64,000 bases of DNA from Gammaproteobacteria bacterium (lineage in GTDB: Bacteria; Pseudomonadota; Gammaproteobacteria; JBCCGL01). The notes under the pieces were generated by a model. The model did not search any database. It was given only the letters and a program-made list of their open reading frames with translations, and was not told where the DNA came from. Position numbers and translations under genes: made by a program. The stretch covers positions 480,001 through 544,000 of the forward strand of contig OZ255836.1 in the NCBI GenBank assembly GCA_965277715.1, read 5' to 3'. Shown here in pieces: positions 1 to 10,307 of the stretch (positions within the stretch are counted from its first letter, which is position 1; every line of letters begins with the position of its first letter).

Positions 1-409
1 TGCGGATAGCTTCAAATCGATACCGCCAAGCAAACCATCTAACGCCGTTTAGAACCGACTGAATATCCTCTCTGCACAGGCAACGCGGTAATCGCTGGGG
101 AAGTTTGGGTTTTTCTATGCCATCAATCGGATTGATTTTAATCAATTGTTGTTTAACGCACCAACTGAAAAATGATCGTAAATATTGCCAGTTATTGCGA
201 AAGGTTCGCGCTTCCCATGCCCGTTCTTCTTTACCCCAGTAAAGAAAAGCCCGCACTGTTCCACAATCTAGTTGCGTAATTTCTACCGTATCCGCCCACA
301 CGCAAAGTGCGTTTACCGTAGCCATGATGCTGCGAAAACTTTTAGGTCGCATCCCGCGTTCGTGCAGGGCATAACGTTTAAAGGCATACACCACATCATT
401 TACTTTCAT
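1..409 (-). CDS. XerC/XerD-like tyrosine recombinase, N-terminal part (runs off left edge)
   Basis: Manual translation from ATG 409: MKVNDVVYAFKRYALHERG...TFRNNWQYLRSFFSWCVKQQLIKINPIDGIEKPKLPQRLPRCL; LRSFF-W, NP and PK..LP..L are typical of the Xer core-binding domain and linker. Confidence 0.85.
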   Translation of the reverse strand, partial: MKVNDVVYAFKRYALHERGMRPKSFRSIMATVNALCVWADTVEITQLDCGTVRAFLYWGKEERAWEARTFRNNWQYLRSFFSWCVKQQLIKINPIDGIEKPKLPQRLPRCLCREDIQSVLNGVRWFAWRYRFEAIR

Positions 410-1262
410 TACTGGTGGGGGTAGGAAGCGGAAAAGGATTAGCAGGCGTATTGTCGGCAAAATGCCAGCCTCCCGAAAAATTTGTGTTCAGATCATCTAA
501 GGCACGAAACACAAAATTGTGTTTAAAAGGAGCAAACTCTGGATGTGCGTTTAGCCGCGTTTTAACGCTGGCTAGCACGCTGGCTTGATGGTGTACCGAA
601 CAGATAATGGGGTGGCCTGCATAACCAAACTGCTGTTGAACCACGCCACTTTTGATGACTTCACAATACCGATTCAGTTGCTCGGTGACGGCTTTGCTTT
701 GGGTCGAGCGATGAATCTCTACCAAGTACACCGCTGTCTGACCTGTATTCAAGCCAACGGCAAATACTCCATCAGGAATGACCGTATTAATTAAACTGGA
801 CACCACCAGCTCTGTGGCTGATTTGCCGCGCCCTTGGCCAGCGTTTCCATGGCGGATAAAATCTTGCAGTTCCAGTAACACCTCAGCATCGCCTCGCTGT
901 TCTGTCCATTGCCTCAAACCAATCTGAAAGTCCACCTGTGCAAAGCGGTGACGGGCAAAAAGCGCGGAAAATGGCTGTTTTTTGTTTGAAGGTACAGGTT
1001 CGCTTTCTATCCGCTCGATTTCCTGCAAAATACTGCGTCCCCTGTTGGTCAAATGGTGAACGTCCGGCAAAAACGAACCTATTTTTTCTGAATGAATGTA
1101 CTTGTGGTGTCGGAGAGCGAACAAGGTTTTATCGCGTAATGACTTCGCATTCTTAGAAATACCTAATTGCAGCATTTGCTCTACGGTTAGAAACCGATAC
1201 AGGTGCAAGGCTTGCATTACGCGCCACTGTTGGGGACTCACAACCGAAAAAGCCGTAGTCAT
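396..1262 (-). CDS. Replication-relaxation family protein (MOBC-like relaxase) 1
   Basis: N-terminal wHTH (YRFLTVEQM), RHRFAQVDF, PD-(D/E)xK-type IPDGVF...YLVEIHRST; start moved from 1331 to ATG 1262 to avoid overlap with upstream gene. Confidence 0.8.
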   Translation of the reverse strand: MTTAFSVVSPQQWRVMQALHLYRFLTVEQMLQLGISKNAKSLRDKTLFALRHHKYIHSEKIGSFLPDVHHLTNRGRSILQEIERIESEPVPSNKKQPFSALFARHRFAQVDFQIGLRQWTEQRGDAEVLLELQDFIRHGNAGQGRGKSATELVVSSLINTVIPDGVFAVGLNTGQTAVYLVEIHRSTQSKAVTEQLNRYCEVIKSGVVQQQFGYAGHPIICSVHHQASVLASVKTRLNAHPEFAPFKHNFVFRALDDLNTNFSGGWHFADNTPANPFPLPTPTSNESK

Positions 1263-1275
1263 AAGAAAAATACAA

Positions 1276-2682
1276 TTAGAAAAAGTACGGCGTCCAATCC
1301 GTTTCAGAATGGAGTTTTTGCTCGCTATCACTTTGGGGGGAGGGTTTGCGATAGTAATCTTTGACCTGCTGTCGCGTCACTTTTCCCCACTCTTTGGGTG
1401 TCATAGCGAATCGGCGACCGATAAAACGAAGGCGCTGGCGAACGGTGGGCTTATCACCAACCACTCGAAAAAAAGATAAATTAGGTAGGGTACGAATCTG
1501 TGCCGTCCCTAAATCGGTTTCCTTCGCTAGTTTTTCGGCGGTGGTGTGACGCGAAGCCCCCACCCAAATAGTACCAACGTTGCCTAAAATGGCGTCTTGC
1601 AAATCGGGATCAAGCCGTTCGACCCGCTGGGTGGCCAACGTGGCATAAAGCCCAAACTTTCGGCTTTCGCCCAATATGTCGGCAATGGTCGGACTAACGA
1701 AATACTGGCATTCATCCACAAATAAATGAATCGGCTGCCGCTTGTAAGGCGTCCGTCCCAGCACATGGCTCAAAATGGCGGCATTGAGTAACTGACCAAT
1801 AGCGCGGATAGTGTCGGCACTTTGTTTTGACGGGTCAAAACACACCACTAACACCTTGCCAGAATCCAACACTTTTCCCAGATCAAAACTGCTTCTATGA
1901 CAGGTAAAGCGTCGCACAAAGGGATCACGCACCACATCAGTCAAGCGAGCCACTAAAGCTTGTTTGGTGGCGCGGTAGTGCGACTTGGCAAAGGTGGCGA
2001 TAAAGAACTGTCGGTCAATAATATTAGGCAAGTTCTCTTTTCCGTAGCGCACCAGATCAACATTTTGCTCGTCTTGCAGCAAGCGCACCAAATCCACCAA
2101 GGTCATATCGGGTTTGTGAAGCATGACCCCCAAACACGCTCGCATCAGTGTTCTCTGGATCGGCGTAAATGACTGGCCGATGATTTGTTCTATAGCACCG
2201 GAAAACTGCAACTGGGCGCGATTAAGTTTTTGCTCGGTGGGATGGGCTAAATCGAACGGGTTGAGGTGCACATGCTGGCCAGCAATGCCATTAAAGTTGA
2301 GATAGACCAACCGGTTATTTTTACGGTTTACCCGATCACGCACGATAGATCGGGCTAAGTCTCCGTGTGGATCAAGCACTACCAAAGATGGTTTTTTGTT
2401 CCACACCAAATAATGACGGATGAGGTTGTGCAGTAATACAGATTTACCCACACCTGTGCGCCCGACGATAAAGGTGTGTAGCCTCCGAAGATGTTCATTG
2501 ACGAAAAACCAGATAGGTAACATGGCTCCAAGTAACTGGCCGAACCAAAGCAGGATACGAAAAAAACCAGTGGTAATAAGCCACCAAATACTGTCAAAAC
2601 ATAGCGTCATTAATCGCACCGATAAGGCGTGTCGATAGAAAAAATTTCTAACGTGTTTGGGGTCTTGTTTTTGTCTTTGCAT
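1276..2682 (-). CDS. VirD4/TraD-like coupling-protein ATPase 1
   Basis: Walker A GRTGVGKS, VLDPHGD, Walker B LFVDECQ, ESRKFGL..TLATQ; N-terminal hydrophobic segment; ATG 2682 more plausible than 2988. Confidence 0.8.
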   Translation of the reverse strand: MQRQKQDPKHVRNFFYRHALSVRLMTLCFDSIWWLITTGFFRILLWFGQLLGAMLPIWFFVNEHLRRLHTFIVGRTGVGKSVLLHNLIRHYLVWNKKPSLVVLDPHGDLARSIVRDRVNRKNNRLVYLNFNGIAGQHVHLNPFDLAHPTEQKLNRAQLQFSGAIEQIIGQSFTPIQRTLMRACLGVMLHKPDMTLVDLVRLLQDEQNVDLVRYGKENLPNIIDRQFFIATFAKSHYRATKQALVARLTDVVRDPFVRRFTCHRSSFDLGKVLDSGKVLVVCFDPSKQSADTIRAIGQLLNAAILSHVLGRTPYKRQPIHLFVDECQYFVSPTIADILGESRKFGLYATLATQRVERLDPDLQDAILGNVGTIWVGASRHTTAEKLAKETDLGTAQIRTLPNLSFFRVVGDKPTVRQRLRFIGRRFAMTPKEWGKVTRQQVKDYYRKPSPQSDSEQKLHSETDWTPYFF

Positions 2683-3253
2683 GGCTTCCAGAATAACGGA
2701 GGAACACACGACTTGTGAAACATTACGACTAGCGTTAACCCCTTTGAAATGGGAGTGTAGGGCGTTTTGAAAGGGGTATCGATTGAGACTTGCAAAGTGG
2801 TTTTTCAGGTGGTTTAGAAAGTGGTTACAAGAGAGATTTTTAACGGTGGTGTAAAGTATGTTTTGATATACGTATTCGAGGTAGCCCCGATGCCTTGCAA
2901 AAACCGTTTGCCAAAGCAAAAAAGTTCCCCATTCTCGGTGTAAAAATATCTGAATCAGTAGATAGGGGGATAAAAAAATCGATGCCATAAAAGAATTAAA
3001 AAATAAAATATGTCAGTAGTTTATGATAAAAATTGGTAGAGACTGAGCTTTGGGTATGACGTAAGAAGCCAGATTTTATTGACAGCCGATTTTAACGTAA
3101 ATCTCAGGTAACAAGGCCACTTCCTTATTTAAAATTAATAAAACAACAGTAAGTACATACTGATTCACCGCAAATAATGAAAATTTGATGAAGTTGTGGT
3201 ATCACATCGAAGTGTAATTTCGTTAAAGTGCTGGCTCTTAACCCTTTTCACTT

Positions 3254-3703
3254 ATGGACGATACCGAATTGCAATACTGGTATAAATATCAAACGCAGCT
3301 AGATCAAAACGGTTATGACGAGCTAGCCTCGCGGGTAGAGTTAATCACCAAGGTAGCAGCACCGGCGGCGACCGAAATAGAAAAAACAATCCGCATCTGT
3401 ACGCTTAACGATGTCTTACGGATTACCGGTATTGGCGGCGAAATTTATATGACTACAGGCATACAAGCTCTTTCTGAAAATACCCAAAATAGTGTCCTGC
3501 TTGCTATCCGTACATTTGTCGATTTTAACAACGACAATGACCCCTACAAAAAGCATGATTGCGCGATCCTTCAGTCAACAAATCCCCGTTCAATGTTCAA
3601 GATTGATTATTACGACAAGACCAAGACCTATGGATCAGAAGCACCGGAAAACCCAAGTGTCACGAGCCGCGTAATGACGATGATGACACCAGGCGAGTAT
3701 TAA
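3254..3703 (+). CDS. DUF3768 domain protein
   Basis: LND..R, FNNDNDPY..HD, FKIDYYD...GSE.P.NP.VT.RVMT...EY signature. Confidence 0.8.
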   Translation: MDDTELQYWYKYQTQLDQNGYDELASRVELITKVAAPAATEIEKTIRICTLNDVLRITGIGGEIYMTTGIQALSENTQNSVLLAIRTFVDFNNDNDPYKKHDCAILQSTNPRSMFKIDYYDKTKTYGSEAPENPSVTSRVMTMMTPGEY

Positions 3704-4188
3704 ACAGGCGAAAAAAGCATCATTTTTTTAATTTTTCCTGTGATTCTTTGTAGCGCCGTCTGCTCAACTCAACTGTTTTCAGGTGTAGCCGCAAATGGGT
3801 TGGTGCTGGCTTGAAACTGTTCCTGTTTTCTCTATTTGGTCGTTTTTTGGCACTCCCGTCGACTTTTTCGCCGATATCTTGCTCTGTTCACTATTACTAT
3901 AGTACAAAATATAAAAAAAACATGGGTTTTTTATCATATATGATATGCATACCTCTAAATGATAATAGACAAATTCATGCATAATACAGTCGTTTTAAGG
4001 TATGAATATTGATATAAAAGACAGTTCTGGAAACTGGGAGAATGTTTGTGTTTAGATTTTTTCGACTTGGATTTTTAGTAATTAAGTATTGACTTTGATA
4101 CCCGCAGTACATGGGCTTTACGTCTTAACCTTCCTAATCTACTGGTGGAAGGTGTTGTGCAATATAAAAATAAGAGATTGAATTGTGA

Positions 4189-4569
4189 TTAAAGGCATTG
4201 GTTTGATAATAAAGAAGTTTTTCTGCGCATTTTTTCTATTAGTAATACTCGTTGCAGGGCTTGCGCCACTTCGTGCGGAGTGAAGTATTGGCCGAGGGAT
4301 TTTCGACCGTAGTTGGTGGCTAAGGCTTGGTATGTTTCGCCCAGAATATCGGCAAACGGTTGGGCTATTATTTGCTGGGCGTAAAGCCTTCCTAACTCGA
4401 ATAGGTGCGTGTTGGTAGGTTCGTCCCACGGGGTGTTTAGTTTGTGGCTAAAACTGGCCATGTTGTCGTCTAAAAAGTGCTCAAACCACTGCGTGGCGGT
4501 TTTGCCTTGGTGGTTATGCGATTTGATGATTTCGGTGGTCAGGGACTCGGTGGGGCTGGTTTTTGCCAT
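4189..4569 (-). pseudogene. Truncated N-6 DNA methylase
   Basis: DILGETYQAL...LGQYFTP motif, then abrupt change to AT-rich sequence with no SAM-binding or NPPY/F motifs. Confidence 0.6.
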
Positions 4570-5261
4570 TGGCTCCCACGGTAGAGAGTGGGGCTAAAAA
4601 GGCAAATTTACAACCGAGACACAAAATCCATGTTCCCGCACAAAATGGCAATAACTGAGACAGTCAATGTGTGATCGTGAACCTGATTTGGTGTCGATAG
4701 CGCCGTATAATATGGCCAGCTTAGCTTGATTTTTCAGTTGTAAGCCCATATTAAGTCTCTCTAGTAAACGAACTGTGTTTAATTGAAGAACAATAAACAC
4801 AAACATTGCTTTTTTGTAATATATTAGAAAAATTCTTATATATCAAATAGATAATGATTCTCGGTGATTTGTAGGTTGCTTTTGGCCAATTTGTGCAAAA
4901 AAGCTAATATTTACAGAAGGTTATATCTTTTCTGTGCAAGAGTTTTATTTGAATTTTGACGTTTGTGAAGGTTGCGTGAGTGATAATTGCTAGACAACTG
5001 CATGGCGGCTTCTATAATTATCTCTCAAGCGGGTTCAAAAGCCTGCTTATCGGTGGGAGCGCTTTTTGCTACCTTGTTGAAGCCAGTTCCCAGACAAGCA
5101 GCCTATCCAGGCATTCCATGGTATCTTCATCTTATGCTAAAGATATGCCCAAATTGGTCGATATCTAAGGAGCCTCTTATGCTTTTTGGCAGTTCTATTT
5201 GCAAACTTCTCTCAGTGAGTAAACTGAGAGTGTCTCAATTAATTACTAATTTCTTAACACG

Positions 5262-6011
5262 ATGGAAAATGAATTTAACAAGCAAAAGGAGCCAGATGTG
5301 AACAATTTCACCATACTTGATCATATCATAGTAGATAGAATAGATCGTTTAAAACCAAATCCAAAGTACAGAAAATTTGTGGCTAGGATTGAAGACGCAA
5401 GAAATAATGATGAAAATATCAATATTCAAATATCTGATGTAGAAAACCATTTGATATATAAGTTATTTGCCTTTCAAGAGCTAATAAAAAACGCTAAAGA
5501 AAATATAAATATATTTAGTCGGAATTTACCCTCTCAAATATATGATAACCCTCATATACTTTATCATCTCTCTGAATGGTTAAAAGCTGGTGAAGATAGA
5601 AAAATAAAAGTGCTGCTTAAAGAATCAGTTGATTTGAAGGGAAGATCTATTGGCGCTATTTTGTGTTCAGAATATTTTAAAGATAGAATTTCAATAGAAG
5701 TATCTAACCTTCGAGAAATTGACCAGTGCTATCGTAGCTGTGTTCTTTTTGATGATAATGCCTTTATGGCTGGTGAAGCGAATCCGTCAGGTGATATTGA
5801 AATTGCTATTTTTAATTTTCATGACAAGAAGGCTGTCAACTCTTTAAGTCGAGTTTACAATGCAGCTTATAATTTATCTAAGGAAACGAATCCGATTCAA
5901 AGCGAAGAAAATATAGTTGAGAGTAAGATTAATGAAATAATCCACTCGTCAGATCCTGTATCTATACCTCCTTATTTTGTTGCCCATAATATATATCAAC
6001 CGCATGGATAG
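5262..6011 (+). CDS. Hypothetical low-GC protein, possible PLD-like fold without HKD
   Basis: 249-aa ORF; LIKNAKENINIFS...IKVLL...VLFDD...AIFNF pattern resembles the PLD scaffold; no HxK motif. Confidence 0.55.
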   Translation: MENEFNKQKEPDVNNFTILDHIIVDRIDRLKPNPKYRKFVARIEDARNNDENINIQISDVENHLIYKLFAFQELIKNAKENINIFSRNLPSQIYDNPHILYHLSEWLKAGEDRKIKVLLKESVDLKGRSIGAILCSEYFKDRISIEVSNLREIDQCYRSCVLFDDNAFMAGEANPSGDIEIAIFNFHDKKAVNSLSRVYNAAYNLSKETNPIQSEENIVESKINEIIHSSDPVSIPPYFVAHNIYQPHG

Positions 6012-6120
6012 AATTAAGTATTAGAAGTTGAATGAGTAATATTTTAGTTTATATCTATAATAGTCGTTTTGGTCAACCTTGTAAGCATAATATTCTACAA
6101 TAAAGTAAATAAAGGGCGGA

Positions 6121-6669
6121 ATGACAGATATAATTCCTTTAGCGAGTCTGATACTGGGGGTTGTTGGTGCAGTAGGTGTTTTTGCTTTTTTGCAGAGCTG
6201 TAGAGATATTCCTATTGTGGTAACAAAAAAGATAATTGATGGATATGGACTGCAAGAAAAAATATACAAGAAAAAATATTATGCTGCCTTAGCCGATGGA
6301 TTATCTGAGGGAGTATATGTTAGTGGGAGAGGTATTGACAAAAAAGGATCCGATTCTGATTTATTAAGGTTTCACAACAAAAAGTATTTTGAAGACTATA
6401 TAAACTCTGTGAAAAGAGCCCTTCGTCTAACTGCTTTTATATGTTTTTTTACTTCATTTGGTGTGTTGCTTATAGCGAGTATAGTGTTGTTGCCTTTTAA
6501 AATATCGACCAGTCCAATTTTCCTTCAATTTAAATTGGTTTTTATTTTTACTATGCTAACTGTTTTTTTCTTTCAGTCAATTGAAGCTATTTTTCTAAGG
6601 CCGAAGCGTCAAGGGAAAGCGATGATTGAACGCATAAAAGATGAGATAAACAAAGTAGAGGGCATGTGA
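6121..6669 (+). CDS. Hypothetical membrane protein
   Basis: 182 aa, one N-terminal and two C-terminal hydrophobic segments. Confidence 0.65.
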   Translation: MTDIIPLASLILGVVGAVGVFAFLQSCRDIPIVVTKKIIDGYGLQEKIYKKKYYAALADGLSEGVYVSGRGIDKKGSDSDLLRFHNKKYFEDYINSVKRALRLTAFICFFTSFGVLLIASIVLLPFKISTSPIFLQFKLVFIFTMLTVFFFQSIEAIFLRPKRQGKAMIERIKDEINKVEGM

Positions 6670-6750
6670 TAAAGATATCAAAAGAACATCGTCCCTAAGA
6701 AGCTGAGCTATGGCTTACCCTGTGCTCAATATATATAGAATAACAAGCAA

Positions 6751-6811
6751 GTAGTTGTGGCAAGCACCGCTTTCATCAGACTATTAAAGCTAACTCTTTA
6801 ATCAGTCGTTC
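6751..6811. repeat. 61-bp perfect direct repeat, copy 1
   Basis: gtagttgtggcaagcaccgctttcatcagactattaaagctaactctttaatcagtcgttc identical to 8327-8387. Confidence 0.95.
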
Positions 6812-6849
6812 CATTCTTTTGGCACACTCTTTCAAATTTGAGTCATATC

Positions 6850-7137
6850 TAAGGCGGTGGTAACTTTGGTGGCCAGTATGCCAATCGCTATTTTATCGCT
6901 TAGTTGAATTCTGTTCATTTCATCTTGGATTTGATCGAATCGGCTTTGCACCAAATTGGCTTATTTTTCCAGATTCATCATTCGTTCTTGCAAGCTCTCG
7001 GTTGAACGTCGCATAGCTCTCTGTTCTTCCCGAATTTTGAAAAATTGCCGATTGGTATAGGTTTTGAAACCCTTGGATTCTTCCTTGAAGGATTTGAGTA
7101 ATTCGTAGAGTTGTTCGTTGGTAATCTTTTTGTCCAT
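6850..7137 (-). pseudogene. Third paralog of the coiled-coil/C-terminal TM proteins, with in-frame stop
   Basis: MDKKITNEQLYELLKSFKE...TNRQF...MMNLEK*ANLVQSRFDQIQDEMNRIQLSDKIAIGILATKVTTAL; aligns with 9660 and 10023 products on both sides of TAA at 6961-6963. Confidence 0.8.
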
Positions 7138-7385
7138 CAGAAGTAGGTTATACCTGTCCTTAATTTCTGATAATTTTTACGTTTTCGTCAAATTTTGCTA
7201 CATTGCAGGGTCAATTTTACGTTTTGTAGAAGGTGAGGATTTGTAGTTTTTAGAAAAGATTAAGCTTTTTATAAAAAAAGACTATATCTTTTTTAATTTA
7301 GGAAAAATAGTTGTTTTTTAAAATTTATTATTTAAAAAAAAATTTTCTCTAGATTTAAATATGAATTTAATTACCTTTCTATTTA

Positions 7386-8165
7386 ATGACTCATCTTTTA
7401 CGAAACTCAAAGAAACTTTTATTATTAATTCTATTTTCTTCATTTTTCGCTACCAGTGCTTTTTCACACTCTGGAAGAACTAACTCATCAGGTTGTCATA
7501 ACAACAATAAAACTGGTGGATATCACTGTCATAATAGTGGTTCAAGTTCTAGCACTTCCTCTAGTAGTTTATATAATTCATACAAGCCGTCATCAACATA
7601 TAGCTTTAAGCCTGCTCAAATTTCCAGTTCTGATGTTTGGGTTAATGGTTATTACAGATCAAATGGAACTTACGTAAACGGACATTATAGATCTAAGCCA
7701 GATGGTGTATTTTCAAATAATTGGTCTACGTTCGGTAATGTTAACCTTTATACAGGTAAATTAGGAACTAAAGTGGCTCCTAGTACTAATTCAAGATATA
7801 ACTACAATAGATCTTCTTCAAAAACAAACTCTATCTCTACATACTCTAACGTAGATAAGTCATTGCCTATAGTTAACACTGTAAAAAAACCTCAAAAAAA
7901 ATTGCACACTCCCAGATCCCACAAGAGGCCAACTTTAATATCAGCTAACCGAAATAGAAAAAATTCATCGGTAAAAGCCGTTCAGTCGACCAATTGGGAA
8001 GATTTTATCAGTTCAAGAAAAGCTATTTGTAGAAATAATGGTATTAGCATTTTAGCCTCTATTTATTATGAAAAAATAATGTTAGATGAATCAGTCATTA
8101 ACTCAATTCCAGCCAGAATAAAGCCTGAAGTTGCTAAATGTTTAGATTTTCTTCAGGACTTATAA
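7386..8165 (+). CDS. Secreted YHYH-domain protein
   Basis: Signal peptide ending AFS, HSGRTNSSGCHNNNKTGGYHCHN motif, V.GYYRSNGTYV.GHYRS.PDG motif. Confidence 0.8.
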   Translation: MTHLLRNSKKLLLLILFSSFFATSAFSHSGRTNSSGCHNNNKTGGYHCHNSGSSSSTSSSSLYNSYKPSSTYSFKPAQISSSDVWVNGYYRSNGTYVNGHYRSKPDGVFSNNWSTFGNVNLYTGKLGTKVAPSTNSRYNYNRSSSKTNSISTYSNVDKSLPIVNTVKKPQKKLHTPRSHKRPTLISANRNRKNSSVKAVQSTNWEDFISSRKAICRNNGISILASIYYEKIMLDESVINSIPARIKPEVAKCLDFLQDL

Positions 8166-8326
8166 TTTCTATGGAAGAAAAATAATTTACCTTTACTGAA
8201 AAAAAGTAATTTTCTGATAGATTAATTTTTAATAAATTTAAAAATAGTTAGATACAAATACCTATAATAAAAAATTCATTACTTGGTCTTTTTTGTCGGT
8301 TTTGGGCGGATTGCTATTCGTTGTAT

Positions 8327-8387
8327 GTAGTTGTGGCAAGCACCGCTTTCATCAGACTATTAAAGCTAACTCTTTAATCAGTCGTTC
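8327..8387. repeat. 61-bp perfect direct repeat, copy 2
   Basis: Identical to 6751-6811; covers the 3' end of the 8352 gene and 25 bp downstream. Confidence 0.95.
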
Positions 8388-8657
8388 TGCAATTTCGACG
8401 CACTCTTTCAATTTTGGGTCATACTCAAAACGGTTTTTTATTTCTGTCAGCAGTTCGCTGGCTTTTTTTTGCACTTGTTCGTGGCTCCACTCTGTGCCAG
8501 TATTTTTGCTTAATCTCATGGCTTCACCGGCTAGATCACAGTGATCTAATCCGTAGTTATTGACCGAGAGAACTACCAGTTTGATGCCTAAATTTTGAGC
8601 CAATTGATAAGCGATTTTTGATTGTTGCATGGAAAATTTGTTAAAGTTGCACTCCAA
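8352..8657 (-). CDS. Hypothetical protein (possibly frameshifted, true start perhaps ATG 8718)
   Basis: Its C-terminus (LKEC...ERLIKELALIV) is conserved in a diverged remnant at 6776-6850, supporting coding status. Confidence 0.55.
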   Translation of the reverse strand: MECNFNKFSMQQSKIAYQLAQNLGIKLVVLSVNNYGLDHCDLAGEAMRLSKNTGTEWSHEQVQKKASELLTEIKNRFEYDPKLKECVEIAERLIKELALIV

Positions 8658-8831
8658 ACATACTTGCTTTTTTGAAAAGCGAACCTAAAAAGCCCTTGTT
8701 TCTTAACGTAATTTTCATCTTTCCTCATACTATCCCCAATACTAAGCGCGTTAGCAGCCTCAGCGTAATTGAATAAAACTAATATAATACGTTCGCTTTT
8801 CAAATAAGCGCACTGATAGCTCCTAAACTCC

Positions 8832-9605
8832 ATGAAAAACGTGACGAGCCACAATGGTGGTGCTCAGATACAAAGTCAGTCAACGCCCTTGAACACCAAA
8901 AGAAAAAAGAAACGCGGTGGTGGCTGGAACAAAGGCAAAGCGCAAGGACAGAAAAGACCTTTCGAGCCCACAGAAACAGACATTTTATCCGAAATGTTCA
9001 TCAACGAGGAAAATTGGCACGATCTGGCTTTGCTATCCCTTGGCACCGACAGTTTTTTTCGGTCTGTCGATCTGCTTTCTTTGCGTTGCATCGATGTGTG
9101 CTATTCAACTGGGCAAGTCAAAGAGGTGTTACCCAAACAGCAAAAGAAAACATCGGGAGTGGTTTACCCTCCTTTAACCCCAGTAACACAAGCCAATTTG
9201 CAACACTGGATAGATGTTTCTGGCAAAAAATCAGCGGATTTTTTGTTCACTGGCACCAAGAAAAAGTCAAAAGGTCTGACACAACCTATTACCAGATACC
9301 ACTTGAGCCGCAAGGTAAAGACATGGGCGGAGTGGTTGGGGTATCCACCAGACGATTATGCTTCTCATTCATTGAGGCGTACCAAAGCCGCTTTGATGTA
9401 CAAAAAAGGCGAACCAATCGAGCATATATCGGAACTACTCGGTCACAAATCGACCAAGGTAACCCTGCGGTATTTAGGTATCACGCTGGAAGAAATCCAC
9501 GCTTCGGCGTTGCGGCATACCATGACCCGATCCTTCGACAGCCGCAAAACAGGCCGAACAAAACAGGAAATCCGGCGAGAATTTTTGACCAAGAAAAAGA
9601 AATAA
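8832..9605 (+). CDS. Small tyrosine recombinase (catalytic domain only)
   Basis: WNKGK..GQKRP N-terminus, FRSVDL (R), HSLRRT (HxxR), LLGH, TLRYLG (catalytic Y). Confidence 0.9.
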   Translation: MKNVTSHNGGAQIQSQSTPLNTKRKKKRGGGWNKGKAQGQKRPFEPTETDILSEMFINEENWHDLALLSLGTDSFFRSVDLLSLRCIDVCYSTGQVKEVLPKQQKKTSGVVYPPLTPVTQANLQHWIDVSGKKSADFLFTGTKKKSKGLTQPITRYHLSRKVKTWAEWLGYPPDDYASHSLRRTKAALMYKKGEPIEHISELLGHKSTKVTLRYLGITLEEIHASALRHTMTRSFDSRKTGRTKQEIRREFLTKKKK

Positions 9606-9659
9606 ATTTGACGAACTGTTTATTTTGGGTAGATATTAAAGATACAAAACCCTTTATTT

Positions 9660-10010
9660 TTGATGACGGCTCAAATTACCAACGACCAACTCAACCAAAA
9701 AATCGATCACCTCGACCAGAAATTAGGTCAATTATACGAATTGATGAAGGATTTCAAAGCCGACACCAATCGGCAATTCGACCGAATCGATACACGAATG
9801 GGTCGTATCGAGGAGGATGTGCGAGTGCTCGACCAGCGAACGCAGCGCCTCGAACAACAAACCAATCAAACCCAAAACGAGTTGGCTCAAGTCACGGCCA
9901 AAATCGGCCAAATACACGTTTCTTGGAACCACAAACTTGTAGGTGGTGTATTGGCTACCAGCGTGACCGCTTCGGCTTTGGTGGTTTTGTTAATTCATCA
10001 TGCTTTGTAA
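9660..10010 (+). CDS. Coiled-coil protein with C-terminal transmembrane anchor, paralog 1
   Basis: Heptad-rich body, HVSWNHKL neck, hydrophobic tail. Confidence 0.8.
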   Translation: MMTAQITNDQLNQKIDHLDQKLGQLYELMKDFKADTNRQFDRIDTRMGRIEEDVRVLDQRTQRLEQQTNQTQNELAQVTAKIGQIHVSWNHKLVGGVLATSVTASALVVLLIHHAL

Positions 10011-10022
10011 CTCTCTTTTACA

Positions 10023-10307
10023 ATGATGACCCAAGTTACCAACGACCAACTTTACGAACTCCTCAAGGAGTTCAAAGCCGATATGAATCAATTCAAAACC
10101 GAGATGTACCAGTTCAAATCGGATACGCAGAGAGGCTTGTCTCAGCTCGATTTCGACCTGCGAGCACTCGACCAGCGAACGCAACGCCTCGAAACCAAAG
10201 TCGATGGTATTCACGTTTCTTGGAACCACAAACTCGTGGGCAGTGTACTAGCTACCAGCGTGACCGCTTCGGCTTTGGTGGCTTTATTAATGCAACATGT
10301 TTCTTAA
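10023..10307 (+). CDS. Coiled-coil protein with C-terminal transmembrane anchor, paralog 2
   Basis: TNDQL, LDQRTQRLE and IHVSWNHKLVG.VLATSVTASALV shared with paralog 1. Confidence 0.8.
   Translation: MMTQVTNDQLYELLKEFKADMNQFKTEMYQFKSDTQRGLSQLDFDLRALDQRTQRLETKVDGIHVSWNHKLVGSVLATSVTASALVALLMQHVS

Noticed and set aside
2683-2988. N-terminal extension of ATPase 1
   Set aside because: Composition looks non-coding; ATG 2682 gives a normal TM-plus-ATPase layout
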